A stretch of 64,000 nt of DNA, taken from NCBI GenBank assembly GCA_937625935.1, contig OW569377.1:1-64000 (forward strand), read 5' to 3'. The stretch's first letter is position 1. Each line of letters starts with the position of its first letter. Below the pieces are notes generated by a model that was not told where the DNA came from, ran no database searches, and worked only from the letters and a program-made list of their open reading frames with translations. The position numbers were made by a program, and so were the translations under genes. Source of the DNA: Tetramitus jugosus (taxonomy: Eukaryota; Protista; Heterolobosea). This document shows positions 53,557 to 64,000 of the stretch, one piece after another.

Positions 53557-56500
53557 ATGGAACAAAATAAAAAGTTGTCTCTGATAAGAGTGAACACTGG
53601 TGAACAACAAGTCTTTTCGTCCATTCATGATGATGAAACCTTGTTGTTATTCACTCGCAGTCGTGCCACATTTATTCAAGATTTGTTGCTTCACATTATT
53701 GTTGATCAAAAGTGGAAACAATATCATCGGTTCAATAATCCCTCTTCGGTCAGTGACTCCAATACTCTGATTCTGAAAACAACAAGAACGAGAGACAATA
53801 TTGTTATTGTGACTGCTGTTTCTGCGACATCATCCTTGGCAGCAACACTCTTTGATAATGAAGAAGAAGAAGAAGATGTCACCCTGTACGTATACCATCT
53901 CAATTTGAGTCAACAAGACAAGAATTCACTTGTAACGGCATCTGAAGCGGAACATGCTCAAAGAATGAACTTGTCCAAATGGAACAGTCAATTGACACTG
54001 AGGGCACTGGGAATTGATTGGGAAAAAGAAGTTGCCAATGAAGAATTTGACCTATTGTTGAAATTGATGAATGAATTGTGTGTGGACATGCCAAGTAAGC
54101 TCTACTCATTCTGTGAATCCATTGAAGCTAGAAAAAAGAATCAACACGAGGGAGTTCGAGTGTTGCGTCAATTTGTTGACAATCACCTTGCTCAACTGTC
54201 TGAACACACGGATCAAACATTGACTTGTGCAACCATGTGTCGCGATGAAATTCTCAAGAGCGATGCCTCTGTGGTCAACGTAAAACACGCATTGAATGAG
54301 GTTTCAATTGCTGTCGTAAGTGATAAATCTCAAGATGAAGCAACAACAACAATTACAAGGAGTACATTGTTGGATTATGTGCCATTGCTCAATGAGAGTG
54401 ATCAAGTGTTGAGTGACAAGGCTAAACAAGCATTAAATCAATTGAAGTCAGTCATTGATCACTGTCACTTGAACAAAGATCAGATCAATGACTTTAGAGA
54501 GAACAAGACAGTGCACAGCGAGGAGCAAGGTGCTGCTATTTCCCAACCATTCCTCTTCATGTCCAATTGCCTGGACGAACAAATCAAATTGTTGGACGAG
54601 TACAAGCGTATGATTGCTGAGATTGCTCAATGTCAATCCAAGTCATCTTCGTTCTTGCAGAGAAGTCAGTTGGAAGAGAGTTGGATCGATGTAGAAATGG
54701 CAGAGCGCCTCAATCAAATTGAAGAATTGAAGGCAAAGTTGTCACAATCGGATCTATTGTCCCTCGCAAGACTCACATACAAGCAAATATTTACCTCATT
54801 TGCCAGTTGTGTGGCAGATGAAACATATCAACGAGAGTTTGGCCCATTGCTAGACGACATTTACAAGTTGTATGTTGATGATGTCACAGAGTTGCAAAAC
54901 ATGATGCGTTCAATCAATATTGGAGAGGCACTCAACCTGAGCAGAGCTGTCATTGTGGGTGATTTGTTGAACACTTGCTATTCTTCAGCACTGGACGGTG
55001 TGAGCAGAAATTTGAGTGTCGATGAATCCATTAAGCCATTGATTGAAAATGAGGAAAATATGAAGAGAAATGACTTGTTGAGAGAAATCAGTCCTAGTGT
55101 CCCATCAATCAATGATGAAGTTCAAAGCATTATCAAAACCATCTTTCCACAAAATTTTGATGCTTCCATTGATACAGAAGAGAGTGTTCAATTCAGTTTC
55201 AGAGACGGAAATCACACGATTGACACAAGCAACACCAATTACTTTGATGAGAGTTTGGTAGAAACAGATGATGAAAACAGTGAAGACGACGAAGAGAGTG
55301 ACAATGATGTCGAATCTGATTTCGGTTCACTCGATGATGCTTCTCCTCATATCACTAAAGCTCTTTGGGAATCAAAGGAGCAAAGAATTGAATCACTGGA
55401 GCTCTCTCTTTCTAAGATGACAACCTCGTGCGATTTGTCTGGTGACACGATTAGAGCGCTAGAGGAAAGCATTGAGCAATTGTCTGAAGAACTAAAGCAG
55501 ACCCAAGAGAGCAAGGCTGCATGTGAAGAGAAACTTGAGGTGCTTGAGAAGGAACAAACAGAGTTGAGGATGGAGCTTATGAGGCTTGGAAAACAAAACG
55601 AACGTAGTGGTGTTTTGGTTGAAGCACTGAGCGCCAAGTGTGAAGAGCTGGAGAGTACCATTTCTGAAAAGGATCTCTTTATTGAACAAAGAAACACCAT
55701 TATTGAACAAAAGAATGATATTTATCTGCGCCAAGGCCAAGATATTGAAAAGCTACGGAAAACAATTGAGGTGTTGAAGGAGACCGTGGTCAGATTAGAG
55801 AAAGACAATGAATCATTGCGCTTGGCACACCAAGAAGAATTAGAATCTATGAGAACTTGTACGGTGCAGATCACTCAACTTGAAGAAGCCAAGAATGCCT
55901 TGCTCGAGGAGCTTGAATCAAAGAACAAGGAAGTTGAGACTGTGAAGCAAATTGTCCAACAGATGAATGGAGCACTTGTCAACAAGAATGATGAACTTGC
56001 ACGATGCAAGACAACTATCGACACACTCCAAGACCAACTTGAGTCCCAAGAAAAGCTCGTTTTGAACTCAGAAAAGAAAATCGCATCAGCATATGCTTCC
56101 ATTTCTTCTTACGAACAAGAGAAGTCGTCCCTGTCAGACCAGCTTGAAACTCTCAAGGCCCAATTTGAAAAATTTGAATTAGAAGCAATCAAGAATCAGG
56201 AGATTAGCAAGGAAAACTACCATCTCCAGGTGCAAGAATATCAAGCCTTGATTGATGCTCTTAACAATGAGAACACAGCCAAGAGTTTGTCCCTTGAACA
56301 ATCCACTAAGGACAAGGAGAGTATGATTGAGAAGTTGAAGAAGGAAATTGAAAATCTGAAGAGAAACAACTCGGCTTTGGAGCGTGAACTATCTAATCTT
56401 CTCTCTCACGTTGACTCGATGAGCAAACAACAGATTTCATCCATGAAAGAACAAGCAGCAGCTCATGCTATTGCCATATCAAATATGGAACGAACCCAAG

Positions 56501-57774
56501 CTGAATTGAAGAAGGAAGTTGAGTCGTTGAAGACAAGCAACTTGTCATTGAAGGATGAAAATTCTGACCTTCTCTCTCACTTTGATTCTCTGAACAAGCA
56601 ACAGAGTTCGTCCATGAAAGAACAAGAGGAAGCTCGTGCCCTCGCAATCTCAAATTTGGAACAAATCAATGCTGAATTGAAGCATGAGATCAAGGCTCTT
56701 GAGAGAAGCAGTTTGGCACTACATGATGAAAATTCTGATCTTCTCTCTCAATTGGATTCTATGAGCAGACAACATTGTTCATCCATGAAAGAACAATCAG
56801 ATGCTCATGCCCTCGCCATGTCAAACATTCAACAGACCCATGCTCAGAGTGTGGAGGAGTTGAAACGCAGCACATCCACAATTCAATCGTTCACTGTCGA
56901 GAAGAAATATTTGTGTGAGCAACTTGCAGCTGTAGAAAAGAAGTATCAGGAGGTTTCAAATGAAGTCCAATTGGCACATGACCGAGAACAAACATGGTCC
57001 AAGAGAATTGAGAGTGTAGAACTTGAGAAGGCTACCACACAACAAGAACTCAGAAAGCAAAAGGCAATGAGTGAGGACCTCTCTCGTCTCGTCTCAGCAC
57101 TCCAACAAGAGTTAGACCAGACGAGAAATGAGTTGGCAACATGCAGCGGAGTTAAGAACCAAATGAAACTGGTGATGGATAATTCAGTAGTCTTGGTTAC
57201 TCAAAAGCAAAAGGAGTTGGACACACTGCTGGCTGAATTGAAAAATCAAAAGAATGCAAACGCAATCTTGGAGTCTGAGTTGAGAGATACGAAGAGTACT
57301 CCTGCTAGCTCCAGCTCGTCAATGGAAAACATGTTCAGATGCGTTCTGTTGAAGATGGCTGAAGTAACAGAAGATATTGTACTGCAGAACAAGATTCAAG
57401 ATTCATTCGCATTGTCATCGGAAATGGCAATGGAGGATTTCAACTCTTTGATAGAGCGCGTTGATCCAGCTTTCGCACCCAACGACGATATGGCTCATGT
57501 CAAGATTGACAAGTTTGAGACCAATGACGTTGTCTTGTTCATTAAGAATGCTCATGGTGTTTGGGAAGCAGTATGCAAGAAAGGAAACTGTTACTTGGCA
57601 CCGGAAGCTGTTGCCACCCTCTCTCGATCCCCACACTTTGAGTCCTTGAAGTACCTCAAAGCACAATTCATGTTCCACGTGGACAGCGTAGCACCATCAC
57701 CTGATCCTGCATTCAAGTTCCTTAAGGCAGGCACAGAGTACTCCATGATCTACATTAGAGAACCTGGAGTGTAA
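53557..57774 (+). CDS. ATG11: ATG11/FIP200 (RB1CC1)-like autophagy scaffold
   Basis: N-terminal LIRVNTG (cf. FIP200 LVNTG), long coiled coil, C-terminal Claw-like KIDKFETNDVVLF...WEAV...YL..E...F..L..GTEY. Confidence 0.72.
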   Translation: MEQNKKLSLIRVNTGEQQVFSSIHDDETLLLFTRSRATFIQDLLLHIIVDQKWKQYHRFNNPSSVSDSNTLILKTTRTRDNIVIVTAVSATSSLAATLFDNEEEEEDVTLYVYHLNLSQQDKNSLVTASEAEHAQRMNLSKWNSQLTLRALGIDWEKEVANEEFDLLLKLMNELCVDMPSKLYSFCESIEARKKNQHEGVRVLRQFVDNHLAQLSEHTDQTLTCATMCRDEILKSDASVVNVKHALNEVSIAVVSDKSQDEATTTITRSTLLDYVPLLNESDQVLSDKAKQALNQLKSVIDHCHLNKDQINDFRENKTVHSEEQGAAISQPFLFMSNCLDEQIKLLDEYKRMIAEIAQCQSKSSSFLQRSQLEESWIDVEMAERLNQIEELKAKLSQSDLLSLARLTYKQIFTSFASCVADETYQREFGPLLDDIYKLYVDDVTELQNMMRSINIGEALNLSRAVIVGDLLNTCYSSALDGVSRNLSVDESIKPLIENEENMKRNDLLREISPSVPSINDEVQSIIKTIFPQNFDASIDTEESVQFSFRDGNHTIDTSNTNYFDESLVETDDENSEDDEESDNDVESDFGSLDDASPHITKALWESKEQRIESLELSLSKMTTSCDLSGDTIRALEESIEQLSEELKQTQESKAACEEKLEVLEKEQTELRMELMRLGKQNERSGVLVEALSAKCEELESTISEKDLFIEQRNTIIEQKNDIYLRQGQDIEKLRKTIEVLKETVVRLEKDNESLRLAHQEELESMRTCTVQITQLEEAKNALLEELESKNKEVETVKQIVQQMNGALVNKNDELARCKTTIDTLQDQLESQEKLVLNSEKKIASAYASISSYEQEKSSLSDQLETLKAQFEKFELEAIKNQEISKENYHLQVQEYQALIDALNNENTAKSLSLEQSTKDKESMIEKLKKEIENLKRNNSALERELSNLLSHVDSMSKQQISSMKEQAAAHAIAISNMERTQAELKKEVESLKTSNLSLKDENSDLLSHFDSLNKQQSSSMKEQEEARALAISNLEQINAELKHEIKALERSSLALHDENSDLLSQLDSMSRQHCSSMKEQSDAHALAMSNIQQTHAQSVEELKRSTSTIQSFTVEKKYLCEQLAAVEKKYQEVSNEVQLAHDREQTWSKRIESVELEKATTQQELRKQKAMSEDLSRLVSALQQELDQTRNELATCSGVKNQMKLVMDNSVVLVTQKQKELDTLLAELKNQKNANAILESELRDTKSTPASSSSSMENMFRCVLLKMAEVTEDIVLQNKIQDSFALSSEMAMEDFNSLIERVDPAFAPNDDMAHVKIDKFETNDVVLFIKNAHGVWEAVCKKGNCYLAPEAVATLSRSPHFESLKYLKAQFMFHVDSVAPSPDPAFKFLKAGTEYSMIYIREPGV
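56335..56847 (+). repeat. In-frame tandem repeat, 3 x 171 bp (57 aa), inside the ATG11-like gene
   Basis: CCATGAAAGAACAA at 56441, 56612 and 56783. Unit LK.E...L......L..E.S.LLS..DS...Q..SSMKEQ..A.A.A.SN. Confidence 0.9.
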
Positions 57775-57953
57775 ATAACCCACCAATCAATACATGTATT
57801 TTCTTTTTCCAATGTGCGAGTTGACTCTTGAAATCACTTATCACAACATGAATCGTAAAAAGATCAAAATCGAGCTTGAAGGAATCGCTCAACCTTCTTT
57901 CTTGCCAAGACCATGTAAAAATCCCAGTGTCAAACACCAACAAAAACAAAATC

Positions 57954-59645
57954 ATGGACACCATCAACAATAACCACTCCACAAGCACCACTTCATCAGT
58001 CACGCAACAATGTTTCTCACAGTTGCCAACAGACCTTATTCTGTCGCATATTGCCGACTTTATTTATTTGCGGGAAAATGATTTCAACTCCTTGAATCAA
58101 CTCCCTCACTTATTTTCGTGGGATGACAATCTACAAGCATCAGATTCATGTAATGTTGGTCTGATCACAGATCGTGTGACCATTCATCGTCTGTTTCGCA
58201 ACTTTCAATTCTGCTTCACTACGGCCAGGCCACAAGCTCCCAAGGGCACAGTGTCAAATAGTGGTGGAAATGTGATTCGGCGGCATCACTTGAAGGAAAC
58301 ATCAAGAAAGAATCGTGCGAGTGGTGATGACGAAGATGAGTATGACTATGACTTTGGTAGTTGCCAACCGGAGAAGGATTGTGTTGTTGGAAGATTGGGT
58401 GAAAAGGAGAAGGATGATAGTAGCACTGCTGCTGTGAAGAAGACGAATTATTTTCTTCATGAAGATGTGAGTCAGTATGAGAACAGTGATGACGATGATG
58501 ACGATGTTGCTATCGGTGTCAATTCAAAGCTACATAGAACCATGTTTCTGTTCAACATGTTGATGAATCAGATTACAGGGGCTCAGAAAGAGCAACAGGA
58601 TAATGGCGAATTTTTCAAGTACCACATTACGATACAGTTTGAAGATGTGAGTGCCTTCTTGTTCTTTATTAGAAACTCGGTGTTGACAAGGGAGAGTGAT
58701 AATGATTTGCTGTTGTTTGATGAGGATGGAGCATTGAAGATGACACCGATGCGCGAACGTATTGAAAGCATGATTGTGCTCGATGTATCGTTTGGATACT
58801 ATCGGCCAACTGATATGAACAAGTTTTTTGTTGCCATGATGCCTTCGAACGAGATGGAAGAGCTATCGGCCTATGAACGCCGGTTTGTCTCCTTTTTGTC
58901 CTATGTACGATCGTTGCAAGTGTTGACAGGATGGTTGGTCGATTATTCCATGAGACTTACGGTGACATTTAGCAAGTGTCTTAAACGATTGGACTATGTA
59001 GAATTTTACAACAGGAACTTTAAGATGCATGAGATGTTGTCATGTGCTCAAAGTTCCAACGTCAATGCGATACGGTTTCGCGATCCAGATTTAGAGGAGA
59101 TACAAGACATTTTGCAGTACAAGTCTCTCCAGAGCTTGACCATATCGTTCATTGATCAGACGTTTGATTTATGGAACGAAACTTGTCACTCGACCAGTCT
59201 ATCATCACTCTGTATTACTCATTGCAAACTCAGTGGGTCCATGCTCGAATCCATCTTGGGCGCCTTTCCAGGATTGAAACAACTCAAGATACATACAAAA
59301 CATGAGAAACAATCAAGTTTGCACAAGCCAAAACCATTGCACAAATTCGATGCCCTGCATTTGTGCAAGTGCCCTCAATTGAGTGTTCTGAGCTTGAAGA
59401 ACGTAATGCTTTCAGAGTCATTTTGCAAGGAGTTGGCCAAAATGAGCAATATTACCCAATTAACCTTAGGTAATTGCAATTTGTCTGATGCTCACCTGAG
59501 ACCACTCCTGGAGAGCACCACTCTGGAATCTCTCGATGTTCGAGGCAACAAGAAACTGTGCACTGCTCGTTTAATTGCAAGGAATCCATTCGACAAAACA
59601 ACACAATTCCGTATGAACATCCTATACAATAAAGCAGCCACCTGA
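57954..59645 (+). CDS. F-box/LRR protein
   Basis: FSQLPTDLILSHIADFI. C-terminal LRRs (LQSLTI, LSSLCITHC, LTLGNCNLSD, LESLDVRGN). Confidence 0.78.
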   Translation: MDTINNNHSTSTTSSVTQQCFSQLPTDLILSHIADFIYLRENDFNSLNQLPHLFSWDDNLQASDSCNVGLITDRVTIHRLFRNFQFCFTTARPQAPKGTVSNSGGNVIRRHHLKETSRKNRASGDDEDEYDYDFGSCQPEKDCVVGRLGEKEKDDSSTAAVKKTNYFLHEDVSQYENSDDDDDDVAIGVNSKLHRTMFLFNMLMNQITGAQKEQQDNGEFFKYHITIQFEDVSAFLFFIRNSVLTRESDNDLLLFDEDGALKMTPMRERIESMIVLDVSFGYYRPTDMNKFFVAMMPSNEMEELSAYERRFVSFLSYVRSLQVLTGWLVDYSMRLTVTFSKCLKRLDYVEFYNRNFKMHEMLSCAQSSNVNAIRFRDPDLEEIQDILQYKSLQSLTISFIDQTFDLWNETCHSTSLSSLCITHCKLSGSMLESILGAFPGLKQLKIHTKHEKQSSLHKPKPLHKFDALHLCKCPQLSVLSLKNVMLSESFCKELAKMSNITQLTLGNCNLSDAHLRPLLESTTLESLDVRGNKKLCTARLIARNPFDKTTQFRMNILYNKAAT

Positions 59646-59784
59646 ACCCCATCCAAATACACACCATTGTATTGAACCTTACTTGGCGCCCAAATACTGA
59701 TCCTACGATCCCACAAAATTATTTTCCGATCCATCAACAAAACAAAAAACCAATCAAAAACCAGCTTTACCTACGTCCGTCCTC

Positions 59785-61254
59785 ATGACATCGAATCATC
59801 TCAATCACATTGCTACCACCGCCGCAACCACCACCAATCCCTCCTTTTTCCAACGAAACAAGAAAAAAATTGCCATCCTCACATGTGCAACTCTGCTTGT
59901 TGGTGGAGGAACAGCAGCAGCTACAGTCGGTTACTACAAGTATCATCAGCACACTGCACAGTTGGAAGAACAACGGCGATTAATGAGTCATCGCATGCGT
60001 TACCTCTATGAAGAAAATCGGAAAACGGCGGAGATTGCACTTCGGAGTTTATTACCAAAAATATCGGAGAAATTGAGACTGGAACTTTTGCCAGTGGAGG
60101 ATTTGATGAGTCAATTGAAGGTGTTGCAGCAATCCACAATGTCTTCTTCCATGTCCTCTTCCATATCTTCTTCTTTTTCAAAGGATGAAGATCCCGCCAA
60201 TAGCGGAGAAATGGGTGAAGTGTCTACGGCGGACCAAAAGAAAAAGCTTTGGGAACAGATCAAGATTGATAGTTTTGCAAGGACGATTGCTGCCGTGTAC
60301 AGCATATCACTGTTGCATCTGTTTCTCTCTGTTCAGGTCAATATAATTGGAAGGAGACTTTTTTTGAAGCATCGAGTAGAAAAGGAAGAAAAGGAAAGAT
60401 TACAAAAGATTGAGGAGTTGGAGCAATCTGGATGGATGAAACGCATGTGGCACTATTGGGTGCTCAAAGATGTCAATAATGTCAACACATCTGTTGCATC
60501 AAAAGATGCTGATGGTGATGATGAACAAATGATTTTGGATTTGACTGAAAATGTGCAACACTTGTTCCTGTGTCAAGTCGGTCACTTTGAGAAGCATGGA
60601 CTGGAAGCACTGGTAGACTTGGTTCAATCTGTTGTCAACCATCACATGAAAGACGTTTCGCTCAAACAGCTCATGACACCAAATGACATGTTTCATTTGA
60701 TTGAGTCCATTCGAGGTGATATTGAAAACTCGATACTGTCTCGTCAACCATCTCCAGTGTCATCACCACAGTATAATCACGACGATTCTTCTCCATTGTT
60801 ATTCAATCATCACAGCATGAGCTCTATTATGCTTCCACCAGAGTGCGAAGAAGCGGATCTCAGCGTGCTCAATGGATATGATTGCCAAGCTACTCCACAG
60901 GAGAAGGACGTACTCAAGATACTGATGGATGAGTTGAGAGACATCTTGGAAAGTGAAGATTATGTCAATGTGTTCCGAGAGGCTTCCAACGGTGCATTCA
61001 GTGTGCTGCACAAACGATTAGAAGAAATTATCATATCATCTCACAAACAACAAACCAAGAAGACGACCACCGATAGCGCTACTGAAAATATTGTCAAGAT
61101 TCACTTGGCCAGTATTGTGACAAAATTGGTAAAGGAGGTCAAGTCGATCACAGACAACAACGAAGAGAACGAATATGTTTGGAGCGTGCATGAGAATATG
61201 ATGCTCAATAAGTACTGTGTTATTGTTTACAGCAGTGGTGTAATATTAGAGTAA
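59785..61254 (+). CDS. PEX3: Peroxin-3
   Basis: Basic FFQRNKKK plus N-terminal TM anchor; KKKLWEQIKIDSFARTIAAVYS..LL.LF..VQVNIIGR.LF. Confidence 0.9.
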   Translation: MTSNHLNHIATTAATTTNPSFFQRNKKKIAILTCATLLVGGGTAAATVGYYKYHQHTAQLEEQRRLMSHRMRYLYEENRKTAEIALRSLLPKISEKLRLELLPVEDLMSQLKVLQQSTMSSSMSSSISSSFSKDEDPANSGEMGEVSTADQKKKLWEQIKIDSFARTIAAVYSISLLHLFLSVQVNIIGRRLFLKHRVEKEEKERLQKIEELEQSGWMKRMWHYWVLKDVNNVNTSVASKDADGDDEQMILDLTENVQHLFLCQVGHFEKHGLEALVDLVQSVVNHHMKDVSLKQLMTPNDMFHLIESIRGDIENSILSRQPSPVSSPQYNHDDSSPLLFNHHSMSSIMLPPECEEADLSVLNGYDCQATPQEKDVLKILMDELRDILESEDYVNVFREASNGAFSVLHKRLEEIIISSHKQQTKKTTTDSATENIVKIHLASIVTKLVKEVKSITDNNEENEYVWSVHENMMLNKYCVIVYSSGVILE

Positions 61255-61327
61255 ATTTTCATAGTTTAATCTCAACTTTGACTCTTTCATGTGGAAACTG
61301 AAATGGCGCCAAGCCACTCATACGACC

Positions 61328-63937
61328 CTAGAAGAAGAGGCTGCTGCCCGTTCTGTGAAGGGAGCGATGAGAAGCAGATCCTTCACTTGGAAGCTCATTA
61401 TCACTTGATGATCGATGGAAGGGACTCTGAGGTGTTGATGGCGTCTTCAAGTTTAGAGCTGCCACAGAAGCATTGATTAACTGATTAAGTTGAATAATTA
61501 CTTGCTTGGTACTGCCTAGTTGCTCTCTGTTATCATCATTCTCGATAGAGTTAACATTTCTGTAGATGGTGTCAATCATTGTCTTGACTTTGTTCTCAAG
61601 AATCTTCTTGAGTGCATTCTTCTCCTTCTCCTTGATCACGAGCTCATTCTTCATCTGTTCCATCAACTGTTTGGATGATTCTGAATCGGTAGAGGATGAA
61701 TTGGATTCTCTCAACATCTTCAACTGTTCCTTCAGTTTCCTATTCTCCTCTTCTATCTTTTCGAGCTTGACAACCTTCTCAGCATGAAATTGTCTTTGTG
61801 CATTAAGTTCAAGCTTGTACTTTCGTATTTCACCTTCAGAGTCGGAGATATCTATTGATTCCTTTGGAGTTGGTGGTTTTCTATTGTACATACTACTCTC
61901 CCCCTCAGTCACAGAAAAGTCACCCCTCTTGACATCTTTAAGTTGACTCTGCAACTCCAAGTTTGTGGTTGTTTTTCTTTCGAGAGCTTCCTCCATCAGT
62001 TTTTGGTGCTGGTCGTATGCATCTAATTCTTCTTGTAATGATAAAATAGTTTCATCCCTGTCATTCAATCTACTAGTAAGAGCAATCATGATATCTCTTT
62101 GTTTGAGCAATAATTGCTTGTATCTCTCGACATTTGCCTTATCTTCGTCAAATGTCTGAATATCTCTTTCTAGTTCAGCTATTCGATTGTGGTATTGTCT
62201 TTCGACCTTCTTCATTTCTCGTTTTAGTATGCTTCGGAACTGAGGGTCGTCCTCCAATTTCTCTCCTCCCACATGAATCTTACTCATCATTTGAGAAATT
62301 CTCTCTTCCAGTTGTCTCTTCTCCTTAATCTCCTGTTGGAACAACTTATTCTTCTCTTGAAGTTCTCGCACAACCTCTTCCTTTTCTTTCTCTGCTTTTC
62401 TCTTCTCAATAACCAACTGATTAATTTTTGCTCTATCTACTGCAACCTTATTCTTCTGTTCGAGTTCTTGTCTCAATTTCTTCAATTCTCTTTCGTACTT
62501 TCTGAGCAATGCTCTTTGATCCAAATCCTCATTGATATGAGCATCGTTCTTAATGCTCTTGGCTCTATGAGCAAATTTAAGTGTTGATAGTGACTCTGAG
62601 AATGCCTCTTGTGCCGGAGACACCATCGCCATCATTGTCGTTTTACAATTGCCTCCCAAACTGTCTTCCAATAATCTCGTAAGTTTGGAGTCTCTGTATG
62701 GAATGTGCTGCCTTCCTTTCGGATCAGTTAATGCTGAGATAACATTTCCAAGACAAGCCAAACTTTGATTGATGTTCTTCACTTCTTCCAACCGTTTTCC
62801 CGTGGCTCCCGAGAGTCTTACTCTCTCACTACCAGCCAAATCAACCAGATTTAGCTTTCCAATCTTGAATGACTGTCGAATCTCACCCACAAACTCCTCT
62901 CCGCTTTCTTTTATTGCCTCATACTCTTCGATATCAATCTCCTTTCCATTACTACCAACAATAGTTCGTTCTGACTGTTCACAAACAATGATGAATACTG
63001 CGTGAGATCTGCTACTCAATTCGTTCAGCCTTGTTGCCCCAGTGGCTCTGGCGTTTGCTCCCTTCTGTATGAGGGCATGAATTTCTTTGGGTGATCGAAC
63101 AATGTATTCCTTTAATCCCTCTACATACACTCCCTTCTTCTTGTCCTCTCTAATGGTGAGGAAATTACTCTCTGGATTCAATAGATCTGATACGACTTCG
63201 TTATAGATTTGGAGATAAGAGGCACGAATAAGGAAATTGGACTTTGGATCTCCGGTCTGAATACCTGTGGAAAGAAAAAGAATGAATATCCAATACGAGG
63301 ACGCTACTCAACCAATCATGTGAAACATACAATTAAATATATCTTCCGTAGCTCGAGGAATGATACCTCGATCCTCGTTCCTGCTGTTCGTAAATCCTTC
63401 CATAGTAAACGTTTTACCAGTACCTGTTTGTCCACTGTGCAGTTGAATCATGGTGTTACAATACAGACACAGAGACGATAATCATGACAATAGATAAACA
63501 ACATACTAAGCGATAATGGATGCATTATAACCCTTCAAAACGCTAAGAACAGCCTCCCTAGCAGTATTTTCATAGACTTCAGCTTGTCTACATCCCATAT
63601 CATACACTCGATCAAACTTGAACTTGTATTGACTAAATACTTCGTTCTGATTGTCTTCTTCGGCCTCCCTACCCGTTTGCTCATTCACATGATCTCCTAT
63701 GGAGATGGTTTGAGCATCATTATCGACTCTAACAATGTTTTTGAAACCGGTGGAGCCATAAATATTGTACTTTTTAAGTTCTCGTTCCAGTGGAGGTCTC
63801 ACACGAATCACAACTTTGAAATTGTTGGTCGAATGACCTAGTACGGAAGAACCATTGATGGATGTACCAATAAAGCTACCTGATCTTCTCTTTTGTGCAT
63901 TCATTGTTCTGAACAAAGAACTAGGACGAAGAATGCT
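61328..63937 (-). CDS. N-terminal-motor kinesin; exons 63937-63507, 63434-63331, 63264-61328; 5' exon(s) probably beyond the window
   Basis: FKVVIRVRP, FKFDRVY, GYNASIIA|YGQTGTGKTFTM, SYLQIYNE, SSRSH, LVDLAGSE, HIPYRDSKLTRLL. GT-AG introns restore the frame. GCTAAC..CAG acceptor at 63940-63938. Confidence 0.95.
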
Positions 63938-64000
63938 CTGTGTTTGGAGTTAGCTTGGGAGACACCTTCAAGTGATAAATGAGGGAACAAAGCTAATCCT

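Overview
Left end of a chromosome from a gene-dense, intron-poor eukaryote using the standard code. Gene content (7TM-RGS receptor with EGF/REJ/GPS, RWP-RK, synapsin-like, Arp2/3) suggests an amoeboid protist, most reminiscent of Heterolobosea; this is inference. Layout: (CCCAAA)n telomere (1-727); ~150-bp subtelomeric repeats with interstitial telomere seeds (to ~2.2 kb); decayed mobile DNA (hAT-like end, H2C2+rve integrase, IS630/Tc1 transposase, chromodomain; ~2.4-8.3 kb); then about 30 tightly packed host genes and two tRNA genes. The standout is a ~700-bp poly(A)-tailed, ORF-bearing insertion (14123-14822) flanked by a 14-16-bp target-site duplication lying 54-39 bp upstream of tRNA-Pro(TGG), with its 5' end facing the tRNA. 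This is the geometry of Dictyostelium TRE5 elements and suggests a tRNA-gene-targeted retrotransposition system in this lineage. Also notable: a Nop10 with an archaeal-type Zn ribbon, a prodomain-less cathepsin B with a C-terminal cystatin-like domain, and a telomere-proximal BAHD acyltransferase. All family assignments are by-eye motif recognition, not database searches.
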